From Octopus bimaculoides (Eukaryota): a stretch of 64,000 nt of DNA. Under the pieces are notes generated by a model. The model had not been told where the DNA came from and did no database searches. It saw nothing but the letters and a program-made list of their open reading frames with translations. Positions 1 to 13,331 of this stretch are shown piece by piece; positions within the stretch are counted from its first letter, which is position 1, and each line of letters starts with the position of its first letter. Both the position numbers and the translations under genes were made by a program. The DNA lies in the NCBI RefSeq assembly GCF_001194135.2, contig NC_069000.1, positions 1,648,553 through 1,712,552 on the forward strand, written 5' to 3'.

Positions 1-212
1 GTTGTGTTAACCGCACGTGCAGAAATAATAGGAAAATGATGAATAAGGCAGAATGCTAAAACTGGAAGCATATTTTAATAATGATTTCTAACCGGCTTTC
101 ATGGTGAAGCAAATTTTCAAGAAGGAGAATGAAAATGTATTTTACAAAGAAGTACAAAATGAAGAAAATAATATATTTAAAAAATAATATATAAAAAAAT
201 AACTATACCAAT

Positions 213-555
213 ACATTATATTGTCTTTGAGCTTTTGAAGTTCAATGGTAGTTCATGTATATAATGGTTGGAAAAATAAGGATGCATGAGAGTTGAGAGT
301 TGTGTTAAGCAGGAAGTGTGGTGTCAAAACAGGAAGTGTGTGTAAGGGGAGACAAATGTTCTTAACATAAACTTCCTGTTGAAAAAGAGTTCATAACTCC
401 AACTAAAAACATTTGTCTCCCCTTAAACACACTTCCTGTTTTGACACCACACTTCCTGCTTAACACAACTCTCAACTCTCATGCATCCTTATTTTTCCAA
501 CCATTATATACATGAACTACCATTGAACTTCAAAAGCTCAAAGACAATATAATGT
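213..555. repeat. Long inverted repeat: 148-bp arms (213-360, 408-555), 47-nt spacer, running into an N gap
   Basis: The arms are reverse complements; I saw one mismatch. Confidence 0.9.
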
Positions 556-953
556 NNNNNNNNNNNNNNNNNNNNNNNNNNNNNNNNNNNNNNNNNNNNN
601 NNNNNNNNNNNNNNNNNNNNNNNNNNNNNNNNNNNNNNNNNNNNNNNNNNNNNNNNNNNNNNNNNNNNNNNNNNNNNNNNNNNNNNNNNNNNNNNNNNNN
701 NNNNNNNNNNNNNNNNNNNNNNNNNNNNNNNNNNNNNNNNNNNNNNNNNNNNNNNNNNNNNNNNNNNNNNNNNNNNNNNNNNNNNNNNNNNNNNNNNNNN
801 NNNNNNNNNNNNNNNNNNNNNNNNNNNNNNNNNNNNNNNNNNNNNNNNNNNNNNNNNNNNNNNNNNNNNNNNNNNNNNNNNNNNNNNNNNNNNNNNNNNN
901 NNNNNNNNNNNNNNNNNNNNNNNNNNNNNNNNNNNNNNNNNNNNNNNNNNNNN

Positions 954-985
<32 letters not shown>

Positions 986-1978
986 TAGCTGATGGAGTGT
1001 TCATTACATCATGATGGTCTCTCATTTTCAACAAGATATTCTTGATTGTGAAACCACTTGATGAGAACGGAAGGAATGTATGAATAGATAACAATTTGGT
1101 AGACTGATGGAATTAAGGCTAAGAGACTTGGTTTGTTTTTCTTTTTTTCTGTTTTTCTTTTTCATTCTTTTTCTTTTTTGGACAATGTTGTATTTAATGA
1201 CACTTTATGAAAAGCAGGGAAAGTCAAGGAGAATCGAAAATGAGATTGTTAACAATAGGAAACTTACCTATTTGTGATGGCTGAATGGATAATGAATCAA
1301 CTTGTCTTTCGATAAAGATCTATAAACCAAATCTAGCACAAGTCTGCACTGCATGCTATTGTTTAGTTCCAGATCAGTCCTGATCGAGCAGACCTATGAT
1401 CAAATGCATTCCAGACATGACCATCCCTCTTTTATTACAGACATAGTCTACCTTAGAATGCATTATCCAATGTATCCATTCATTCATTCGTTTATATTTT
1501 TAAAAGATAGTTGGATGTGATTTGGGGTATATCTGGCTGCTATTTCTAGTAGATTGACCAAATGACCACACAGAGCAGGTGTTTTCAATCAATTTGCCAT
1601 GGAACACATTTGTGTCACCTATGGTGCACAAGTGTGCCACCAGTTTTCGAGCAGTGTCAGAATCTCTTTTGTCTTTACTTTCTATCTTTTACTTGTTTGT
1701 CAATGGACTACGACCAAGCTGGGGCACCACTCTGAAGGATTTAGCTGAAGAAATTGGCCTCAGAATTTATGATTTTTAAAAAAGTCTACAACATGTTCTA
1801 TCAGTCTCTTTTACAGAACTGCTAAGTTATGGGGATGTAAACAAACCCAGCAGCGGTACTGGAGGTAGGGACAAACACAGAGACACACATACAAATGACA
1901 GGCTTCCACACAGTTTCCATTTATCAAATTCTCTCAAGGCTTGTGGCTATAGCAGAAGACACTTGCCCAAGGTGTTCC

Positions 1979-2077
1979 ACTTGTCCCAGAAACCATGTTT
2001 AAGGGTAAAGTGTCTGTTACTTTTTTTTCTTCTTTTTAACAGACCCTTTACCCTTAAACATGGTTTCTGGGACAAGT
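1979..2077. repeat. Inverted repeat: 41-bp arms (1979-2019, 2037-2077), 17-nt pyrimidine loop
   Basis: acttgtcccagaaaccatgtttaagggtaaag(t/g)gtctgtta against its reverse complement, one mismatch. Confidence 0.92.
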
Positions 2078-4499
2078 AAGTAATGTAAGGAGTAATAACA
2101 CAACAAAACATAAACATGTGACATTAACTCTTATAAAACGTGTTAATACCGAGAAGGAAACCCTAAACAAGCTAAAGAATAGGGGACTTGTTCACATGGC
2201 ATCAGGTCATGTCCACACACACTGAAGGGCCCATACGACACATCTATGGCTCAGCCCTCCTCCAAACCCTGTACACCTTAACTACAGGACTGTCATCTGC
2301 TATTTGACCCATCACTAGCGCCCTTGGCAGGTACTTCCACCCCAGGGCCAGTGATCTTAGGAGTAGCTCCATACTCCCTGAAACACTTCAACTCCCATGC
2401 TGGAGCATTACCACCAGATGCAGTTTCATGCCTTACCCTAAACTTTTATGCCTTACAAATAGTTAGAAATCTTGGATTGATGAAGTAAAAAGATTTTCAA
2501 GAATTTACAAGCATTCTTCAAATATCTCAATGCTACAAAATATTATCCCTGAACACAGTAAAAGTTGTCTTTCAGTTTTAGTTGCAGGGCCATGCTGCAG
2601 CACACTGCCGCAGTGTACATTAAATAAATATAGTTTTAATTTCTTCTCATAAAAGTACCAGTGAATCAGACATGTAGTACGGGGGGGGGGGGGCAACTCG
2701 TCATAAATAAAGAATTACGTGACATTTAATATTAAATGTCATAAGTATTGAGAGAGAGAGGGAGAGAGAGAGAGAGAGAGAGGGAGAGAGACAAAGAAAA
2801 TATCAAGAGCATCTCATATAGAACCGATTATATCTTGAAATCTGAAGTATTTAGACATATAGTTTACACATTTAGGTAATTAATTATAGATGCACATGCA
2901 CACATACACACACGTCACTATTGACCAGACTATCAGATGTTGTCGTTATACATCACTGGTCACAATGCACTTTGCATTGTTTTAGCTTTCGAGTGATGCC
3001 ACTCTGCTGGCTGGCTGAGCAGGCCACCCCCCCCCAATCGGAACGCTAGTGCATCACAGGGGGGTATCCATTTACAGTTGAGTGAACAGGAGCAATGTGG
3101 AGCACTACTTGGTCTGGGAATTGAACCCATGATCTAGCTATCATGAGTGCAATATCTTGACCACTAGGCCAAGCACCTTCACACACACATATATACACAC
3201 ACACGTGTGTATATGAGATGCACACAACGTATATAACAGCTTTATAAATGGTACCACAAATAAGAGTGGAAAAGACATTAATATTAATATTATCAGTACT
3301 AAGTTCCATGGCTAAGTTTTATCTGAAAAATGGTCTATTTAGCATGAAACCAAATATATATTACTTTCATGCTACATATTATATATATATGTATGTATGT
3401 ATAAATAAATATATATATCCCTTTGGTTTTATGTTTTTATGTTTGTCTGGGTTAGATGAAACTTGCAAAGAAACTGAGAAATATTGATGACCTCAAGCAA
3501 CTTATTCGAGATGTGTTATAGCAGACTTAAGCCTTCGGAACCATTTGTGTTGTGACATTGGTCAAAGCATTCTCTCATGTTGTAGAGAATGCATTGAAGC
3601 AGGTCGTTTACAGTTCAAACATTATCGGTAATTCATTTACTATTATTTACGATAGCATTTTATTGTTATTAACCAAAATTAACCAGAACCATTTTAATAA
3701 TAAATTTCTGGACTGTTCACTAATTGCTTTGTCTTAATTGTTATTGTTAAGTAACTGTATAATGACTTTATTGCCCCCCCCCCCCTGTATATACATACAC
3801 AAATGTAACATAGGGGATAGGTGAAAAAACAGAATAAACCTCTTTGTGATGTTTTTTATCATTACTATACAAGTGCTGAGTGAGGTTTAAGATGTTGTGT
3901 GGCTGACTAGAAATTAAGAATCTATAAAAAGATGACTCCTCACAGTTCCATATCAGCTAGAAATTGGCACTGGTTTTGCTTCATCAAATTTGATATAATA
4001 ACATTCTCTACTGATATAACTTTGTACATTGGATGGGTTGCCAAAGCTATACCCAGAATCTTGGTATCGGTTCTTTCTTTCTTCTTGCACTCATGATGAC
4101 AGTAACTCAAGTCTGAGATTTAAATCAGCTCAGTGTTAAGAATACCACTTTGCTCTATTCCATTCATATTGATATTACTCTTTTATTTGTTTCAGTCATT
4201 TGACTGTGGACATGCTGGAGCACCGCCTTTAGTTGAGTAAATCGACCCCAGGACTTATTCATTGTAAGCCTAATACTTATTCTATCGGTGTCTCTTGTAG
4301 AGAGGTGTGCAAATTAAAAACTGTAAAAAGTGTAAACATAAGCATGAGGTTGATAATGAGTTTGTGAGTGAGAGTGAATGAGTGAGTGAGTGCATGGGTG
4401 AGAGAGTGAGTGGGAGTGAAGTGAATATGTGCATGATTGTGAGAGTAAGTACATGAGTGCAAGCATGAATGAATGAGTGAACAAGCACGTCTGCAAACG

Positions 4500-4534
<35 letters not shown>

Positions 4535-5269
4535 CAGAGAAAGAGAGAATGTGTGCGTATATGAGAGCGTGAGTGAGTGAGTGTGCCTGCCTCAAGCTCA
4601 ATTAGCAGAAGACTTTCCAAGAAAACAAGAAATGCCTTGCTCCCGGTTCCAACTTTGGAACCACCCACACGGTCATATATAAATAGCTATCAACATGGTG
4701 TGCAGCTAGGTATGAAGAATGGCTTTTCCAAGAGATTTCTGCGAAAAGGTGGAACGGAGAGGAATCTCAGTCAGGATGATCAGAATGAAAAGAAGAGATA
4801 ACAGAGAGACAATGGAGTAAATGTTTGTAGTTAACCGAGGGGAGGAGGAGGAGGAGACAAGTAATAGTGTGTACTTATTTACATGATAAGAAAATAAACT
4901 TTTCTTACCCCCCCCCCCCACACTTTATTAATCTTCTGGGTGTTTTTTGTTTCTAAACAATCTTTTCAGATGTTTATGAAACGGATACAGTATCAGGTGT
5001 GTGAATTGTAATCTGTTAATAGCCAGAGTCGAGGGCCTACACGCTGCTACAAACCACTAGCAGCCGGCAACCATAGCATCTTTCTTAGATTTCATGTGTG
5101 TGTGTGTGTGCGCGTGTGCACGAGTGTGTGTGTCTGTGTGTGTCTGTGTGTGCATCTGTACTGTTCCTTTTTACATGTCTTTTCCCCTGCTAACATGTTT
5201 TACAACTAGATGCCCTTCCTCTTTCTAATCTTTACTTATTATTCATGTGAGAGATTTCTTATATTTTCG

Positions 5270-5570
5270 AGCGAGATTGTTGCCAGTGCCGCTGGACAGG
5301 CTCCTGTGCAGGTGGCACGTAAAATACACCATTTTGAGCGTAGCCGTTGCCAGTACCGTGTGACTGGCCCTCGTGCCGGTGGCACGTAAAAGCACCGGCT
5401 ACACACTTGGAATGGTTGGCATTAGGAAGGGCATCCAGCTGTAGAAACTCTGCCAGATCAGATTGGAGCCTGGTGCAGCCTTCTGGTTTCACCAGTTCTC
5501 AGTCAAATCGTCCAACCCATGCCAGCATAGAAAGCAGACGTTAAACGATGATGATGATGATGATGATGAT
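5270..5570 (+). mobile_element. SINE family C with (GAT)n tail (others at about 11790-11915, 12640-12900, 18720-18826, 22310-22810, 28570-29245, 47550-47716, 52520-52835, 53860-54050, 56130-56320)
   Basis: Recurrent ggaagggcatccagctgtagaaac...ccatgccagcatggaaaacggacgttaaacgatgatgat. Confidence 0.85.
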
Positions 5571-8185
5571 ATATATATATATTATGTTTCACTTGTTTCA
5601 GTCATTAGACCGTGGCCATGCTGTGGTACTGCCTTCAAGAATTTCTTTTGAATGAATTGATCTCAGGACTTATTCCATCTGTCTCTTGTGCCAAACTGCT
5701 AAGTTTTGGGAACATAAACACACCAACATCAAGCAGTGTGTGTGTGTGTGTATGTGTGTGTGTGTGTGCACGTGTGCAATGTTGGCCACAGGTTACACTG
5801 AATCAGTTACAGGTCATGTCGAGTTGACCACAGGATGGTAAACAAACACCAGAAAAATCTAAACTCCTGGTTGAAATAAAGGAAAACAGAGGAAGGGGGT
5901 AGAGGGAGGGAAGGAGGAGGGCAGAGAGGGAGGAAGGAGGGTGGGAGTAGCAGGTGTAATTAGAGAAGATTCACCCAGGTACTTGTTGAAATGTATTTTT
6001 ACCAAGACCCTTTCACAGGAGGTGGCTTCACACACAGTGATAGCATACTATAGAGTAGTAATAGTATCAGTGGTGGTGGTAGTAGTAGTAGCAATAGTGG
6101 TAGCAGAGATAGCGGTAGTAGTGGTAGTAGTAGCAGTTGATAGCAGTAGAAGTAGTATTAGTAGTAATGATGGTGGTGGTGGTGAAGACAGCAGTAACAG
6201 TGTAATAGTTGTAGTAGTAGCTGCAATAATGGTGGTTTGTGTAGTAGTAGTAGTAGTAGTAGTGATAGTGACAGTAATCATATTAATACTAGAACTTGTG
6301 AAAATATTAGTAGTAGTAGTGGTGGTGGTGGTGGTAGTGGTAAATTCATTTCATTCAATTCTTCATTCTTTAATTCTTTTACTTGTTTCATTCGACTGTG
6401 GCCATGCTGGAGCACCACCTTTAGTCGAGCAAATCGACCCCAGGACTCATTCTTTGTGAGCCTAGCACTTATGCTATCGGTCTAGCAGACCCATCAGCCC
6501 ATCAAACAAAATGCTGAGAGGCATTTCTTGCAGTTCTTTATGCTCTGAATTCAAATCCTGCTGAGGTCAACTCTGCCTTTCATCACTTCGGATTTGATAA
6601 AATAAAGTAACACTCAAGTACTGGAGTAAATCTGTTTGACTAAAACCCTTCAAGGCACTGCCCCAGCATGGCCACAGTCTAATGAATGAAACAAGTAAAA
6701 GATGAAAGATTAAAGATAAAAGATGTATGTGTCTGTAGAATGATTCAAATGGAGGATTTGTCTTGGGGTTATGTATCTTAATCTAAATTTTGTTGGTAGT
6801 ACGGAGTTTGAGTTTAGTGGTCTGCATTTGTGATGTGTTCACAAGGAAAATGTGCAGGGATATGATATCGAGTATAAGGCTTTCTAAGCTGTTGTAAAGT
6901 AAGTGTAGCTTACTGGTTAAGGTATCTGGCTCCTGATCATAAGGTGAGGAGTTCAATACCTGACAGCACATTGTGTCCTTGAGCAAGATGCTTTATTGCA
7001 TGTGACTCTAGTCCATTCAGCTGACAAAAATGAGCTGTACCTGTACTTCAAAAGGGCCAAACTTGTCACCTTCTGTGTCATTTTGAATCTCTTTGACAAC
7101 TTTGTTAAGGGTACATGTGTTTGTGGAGTGCTCAGCCACTTGCACATTAATTTCATGAGCAGGCTGTTCCATCGACCAGATCAACTGGAACCCTCATCAC
7201 TGTGCTAGTTTAAAATAAGGGAGTGAGATGGGCCCTGCACAATTGGGTTCTTGTCGGGTTTTAGAATTATAGTGATATTTGCAGAGTTTGCCAACTGGAT
7301 TCTTCAAGCCACAGCTTCAGTCTTGGCATTGAAACTGCGAGTCTGGCAAACACAGAAAGAGCTGAGATAAGAAATCAAATACTTTAATGCTATGCAGCCA
7401 GAGTTTTAGTTTTTGTATCGCAATGAAATCTCAAGACTTTTTAGTGTTTTGAGCAGGATATAATTGCTTTATGAATGAGTGTTTTCAACTGAGAGGATTA
7501 TATACAAGTATACACACCCACTATTGTCTATATAAAGAATAAGACCAGCAGGTGAATGGCTAAATTGGTAGAGGCGAACAGTTGAACAAAATATTTGTGG
7601 TGCTAGGTTTGGAGTGTGTGTGTTTTAGGTTCAAATCCTGCAGTATCAAATAAATATCAGTAAAACGAAATAGATGTCAGTTCCAGTTGATAAAATAAAT
7701 ACAGAAAGGTACTGGGGTGGGGAGGAGAGTATAGCTGACACAATTCAAGGAATGAAACAACAATGTCTATGTATAGAAGTACATATTTACACATCACAAA
7801 GACACCTGGTGACGGTTTATAACAGCAAACAGTTAGTACAAACAAGTTGGTTTCATTTCTCCCCAATAAACAATACAGTGCAAAAAGATGCACATCTGCA
7901 TGACAAAATAATTTAGTCCACTTTGTGGACATTTTGTACCATGGGAATAGCCACATTGATGTGGCTCTAGAATGGTCGTATCTCAGTGACTGCAGCCAAT
8001 CGTTAAAGGTTTAAAAGGCTATATATTGCTGGTGAAGAAGACTCAAGATCAAACAAGCTAGCTGCTTATTTGGATGTTGGTTTATAGGGGAGTCACAATG
8101 TGTTGACAATGAAATGCTAAACAGACAACTATCTAAAGGTACATATGCTCACAGCCCTCGTTCTGTAAGTATGTGTGTGTGTGTG

Positions 8186-8263
<78 letters not shown>

Positions 8264-8823
8264 CACAGAGAGTAAAGGTAATGAACAAAAACAAAAAGAC
8301 AACACAGGCGGAACAAGTTATATATAAATATATATACTTGTAATTTTTGTACAAAAACAAAAGAACTTGTGTTAAGAGTCTGTCACAGGGGTGTGTGTTG
8401 GTAGACCAGATTGCAGCTGACTGATGGCAAACTGCATGAAACCTTTCAGTATGAGAAAATAATCCAGTTTACCAACATACAATCATCTCTCTCATATATA
8501 TAAGAAACATACACAAACATACACTCGGGGTGATAAATATTGGTAGCTGTGCATATTTGTTGCAATGGAAGCCTGCCAAAAAACCCAAAAAGAACGCATC
8601 ACAAGCAGAGTGGTGGCGGTGGTGGTGGTGGTGGGTCCTCGCTCAGTACATCTACCCTATCAGCTATGCCATCGTTTCACGCTGACTGAAGCAGGCATAT
8701 TAAGCAAGTAGAAGAGTTATTTTTACTCGTATTTGGGTTCAGTATGATAAGACAAGAGATACGATGTCAGCCGGAGGGGGGGGGGAGAGAAGAGGGCATC
8801 TGAGAGGAACTAAATATCCAATA

Positions 8824-8854
<31 letters not shown>

Positions 8855-9098
8855 GCAGACAGCCAACCACTGAGATGATAAAACACCACCACATCTCACC
8901 GATGGTGGCCACGCCCCACATGACCTCACACACTTGTGTCTGCAAGTAAATAGAAGCACCATCCAAAGATGGTGGATTTCATAAATGCTCCAAACTTTCC
9001 AATTTTCCACACCGGCTTAAAATCCAATGTTTATGTCGTGAGGGGAAGTCGAGGTTTATGCTAGTGTGTGTTTGTGTATGTGAGTGTATCTGTGCAAA

Positions 9099-9400
9099 GG
9101 CACATGGCACAGTGGTTAGGGTATTCAGCTCATGATTCTAAGGTGGTGGGTTCAATTCCTGTTGATGCATTGCGTCCTTGAGCAAGACACTTTATTTCAC
9201 ATTGTTCCAGTCCACTCGGCTGGCAACAGTGAGTAGTACCTGTAATTCACGGTGTCAACCTTGTCACATTCTGTGTCACACTGAATCTCCCTGAGAACTA
9301 ATGTTGAGAATACACGTCTGTGGAGTGCTCAGCCACTTGCAGGCTGTTCCGTTCATCGGATCAACTGGAACCCTCGTCATCGTAACCGACAGAGTGCCAG
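9099..9400 (+). mobile_element. tRNA-derived SINE, family D (others at about 2900-3180, 6905-7200, 21940-22210, 43080-43360, 52870-53165, 62890-63110)
   Basis: TGGCACAGTGGTTAG A box, GGTTCAATTCC B box, gtccttgagcaagacactttatttcacattg..ccagtccactc core. Confidence 0.8.
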
Positions 9401-9666
9401 TACATATATATACACACACATATATATAAACATAACCATCATACACACATAATCATACACACACACACACACACACACACGCATAAATTAATATATCAGC
9501 TGCATCACTCAGCAGTTACTCTGCAGTTTCCCCAGGCAACCTGTATACCAAACAGCTCCCTAACTGATACACTCACACACATCTATACACATCCCTTACT
9601 TTCTGCATCAAATGTTCTGAATAAGAAATATTATATGTACCTGTATTTTGGAAGAGTTACTCTTTA

Positions 9667-9727
<61 letters not shown>

Positions 9728-10226
9728 TTTACCTTTTAAAAATCTTTGGAGAAATTATCAAAGAACTCAGATTAAAGCTATCTGTAATACTGATTGTAGT
9801 GCCAAGCCTGGAGCCAGTTGTAGACTTGGGGGTGTGGTGTGTAGGGAGGAAGGGAAGGACGAATGAACATTCAGCCTTATAAATAATTACATACTATACA
9901 TATATAGACACATAACAAATACACAACTAATAGACTATACATAAACATATTCAGTTTACATCTGTTTTACCATGCTAGCATGGGTTAGATGTGTATTTAT
10001 TACTGAGGTGTTGTTTTACAGTCAGACTCCTTTCCTGTAGGTAACCATTGCTTGTTTTTCAACTAAACAATTCTTTTATATTCCAAATGTTTTTGAAAGT
10101 GTGGACCTAATGGATGACCAGAGGACCATTTGTTGACAGTGAATGGTCAACAAAGGTCACTGGTTGTGGATTAGTACTTTTTCATGCAAACACACAATGT
10201 AAATATTCACACAGATAGACAGACAG

Positions 10227-10267
<41 letters not shown>

Positions 10268-11216
10268 GAGGACAGGCTTCTTTCAGTTTCCATCTACTAA
10301 ATCCACTCTCAAGGCTTTGGTTGACCTGGGGCTATGGTAAAAGACACTAACCCAAGGTGACATGTGGTGAGACTGAATTGAATCTATAGATACCTAAATA
10401 CCTGTATCTTCAACATCCAGTGTGATTAGCTTACATAAGAGTGAGTAGATGTCCAGATATTGTTACTGCAGGGAACTAAAGATTGTATAAAACCCTAAAG
10501 TATCTAACTATGCTTAGAATTACAATTACAATTACTATTAGTTACAAGAAAACGATGAGAAGAAATCAGGATTTCAAGAATGAAGCATGGACATCTTGTT
10601 TAGGTTTCTTTGTTTATGGTGGTCTTGTTGCAAATATTATTTCATTGATATTGTGATTGTCCTTCGTTAGGATTCTAATTCTGGTAAGGGTAATACTCAT
10701 TTAGGGGGCTCTAGTCTATGAAAGTTTTGTTGCACACACACACACACAATTCTCTATTGAAATGAAACTAGTGAAGCCATAGTGGTGAAAAATTGCACCA
10801 TCAATTCCTTCTATGATATACATATGTACACACACATATAAAGTCATTTAAGAATAAACAAGTCAGAAAAATATCTGCAATCATATATTTGTCAATAGAG
10901 TGAATATATTAATATTTATACAATAGAGCACCATAGATCCATTTCAGCTAGTTTTACCTGTTGGTATTTACACACAAAAGTTCGGGAAAAACCCAATTTC
11001 AGTACCTATCAGAAGTGCTGGTGTGACTTGTTATACTCATTTACGAGTGACAGTATTGGGTTTTCCTTCTGGTATTTATTTTACTGACCCCGAAAAAATA
11101 AAAAGTTAAGTCGACCTCAGCGGAATTTGAACTCAGAACATAAAGACACGAAATGCTGCTAAGCATTTTGCTCGGCGAGCTATAACGATTCTGCCAACCT
11201 GCCACCTTTAGTGTAT

Positions 11217-11252
<36 letters not shown>

Positions 11253-11985
11253 CTACTACTACTACTACTACTAATAATAATAGTGATATTAATAATAATA
11301 GTTACTGAGACACAGTCACACACAAACACAGTTACAATGACAGTCAGAAACTCACACAATCTCTTTATCTCTCTTTCTCTCTCTCACACACACACAATGA
11401 GATTATTTTTAGCCTTCCCACCTGTTCAAATAAAGTCATTTCTCCGGAAGAAGAACTGTCAACTGCTCAGTCCCTTTGCTTGCTAGAAATAGTAGGCAAA
11501 TTTCCATCACAGCTGATCATCTGAAGGCACTGCATAATGCAGTCATAGGTACACAGTCTAAATAAAAGACAGGATGGTCACGATTGGAACATCTTCAATT
11601 ATATGTCTGTGTTCGATCAAGGCTGAAGAACTAAAGTTAAGATGTTAACTTCGTTCTGGACCAATCAGCGAGAAAGGAATTTGTCTGACCTACAAGAAAT
11701 AGCAGCCAAATCACCTTTGAAATCACACCCCAGTGTCTTTAAAATATGCAGGAGATACTTTTAGATAACAAAATCCTCAATACACTACCCCGAACATAGA
11801 TGTGCCAAATCAGATTGAAGCCTGGTGTAGCCATCTAGTCCACCAGTCCTCAGTCAAATCATCCAACCCATGCTAGCATGGAAAGCGGACGTTAAACGAT
11901 GATGATGATGATGTATATACATATATTGTCCCTTTCTTGTATCACCTAACTGTCTGGATGTTTTGTGTTCTTGTCCCATTCTGTA

Positions 11986-12066
<81 letters not shown>

Positions 12067-12082
12067 TAGATAAATAAATATG

Positions 12083-12117
<35 letters not shown>

Positions 12118-13331
12118 ACACTTGGACACTTTTGATCACACATGACCCAATCACAGCTAACCCAATGCTGAATAACAACTAAAATAGTTACATAATCAGA
12201 ATACAGGTAGGCCATAAGAAGACACCTTATACTTTATTACCACAAACAAGCCATCTATGGAATGTGTGTCTAATACACCCTTCTCATTCAAAGTTGCTCA
12301 ATTGTGTAACTGCGAGTGTGCGTGTGTGTGTGCGTGCATGCGTGTCTATACAACCTGCCAACTGACTTACTTCAAACCATGTTGCAGCCACATGTCAAAT
12401 GAGGAGTACTTCAGAATGTTTTAATATTATGTACACAACATATCCGGTCGAAAGATTAATAATATAACAAGAGAACTGGTGGGAGACACACACACACACA
12501 CACGTACTATACATGTATCTTCCTCTACAGCAAGACTTCTGATTCTGTTTAACATCTTATCACCTGGTACAAAGCCACCTCCCTCGATACTACTATTCCT
12601 CAGTCATTAGAAGGGTCTTGCCTAGCAATTTACCTGGGGAACCTCACTGATGCTGATGGCACGTAAAAAGCACTATCCAAACATCATGCCAGGCCCACCT
12701 GACTGGCTCCTGTGCCAGTAGCACGTAAACAGCATCCACTACACTCTTGGAGTGGTTGGCATTAGGAAGGGCATCCAGCTGTAGAAACATTGCCAAATCA
12801 GATTGGAGCCCAGTGTAGCTGCTTGCTCTCCAGACCTCAGTCAAACCGTCCATGCCAGCATGGAAAATGGTTGTTAAACGATGATGATGATGATGATGAT
12901 GTATATGTATAAGTTTTTTTTCTTTTTTTCCTGTCCAATTAAGTGCCTAAAATGACTCTTGTATGAAACGGTTGCTTCTGTTTTAACAGCACACAGTCTC
13001 AGAGCGAGGCACCTGCCAAACAGGTCCAACTTTGAAATGATTTATTTGACCAAGATGAAACATCATCTTTTCACCTTCAACATCTTCTTCAGCTATTTCA
13101 ATCAACAGGTGACTTTACACCTGTCCATATAATAGCTACTACCAGAATCAACATCACTATCATGATTTTAATGGCCACCTTTCCATGGTTGCATGGTAAA
13201 GGACATTAATATGGGCCGGAGAAAGTTTATTGGGCCAGATACTCTATGGCCATATGCTCTTTCTGTTGCCAAGCAAGGTACTATTTTCCCCATGGCCAGA
13301 CATATTTTTAGCAGAATATTGGAAACAAACG

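Noticed and set aside
504-1094. Long ORFs across N runs (also 27857-28582 and 62035-62946)
   Set aside because: They are made of X from assembly gaps plus (TA)n translations.
4577-4801. 74-aa plus-strand ORF with a small hairpin and a TATA-like stretch
   Set aside because: No ATG context, splice signals or recognisable domain.
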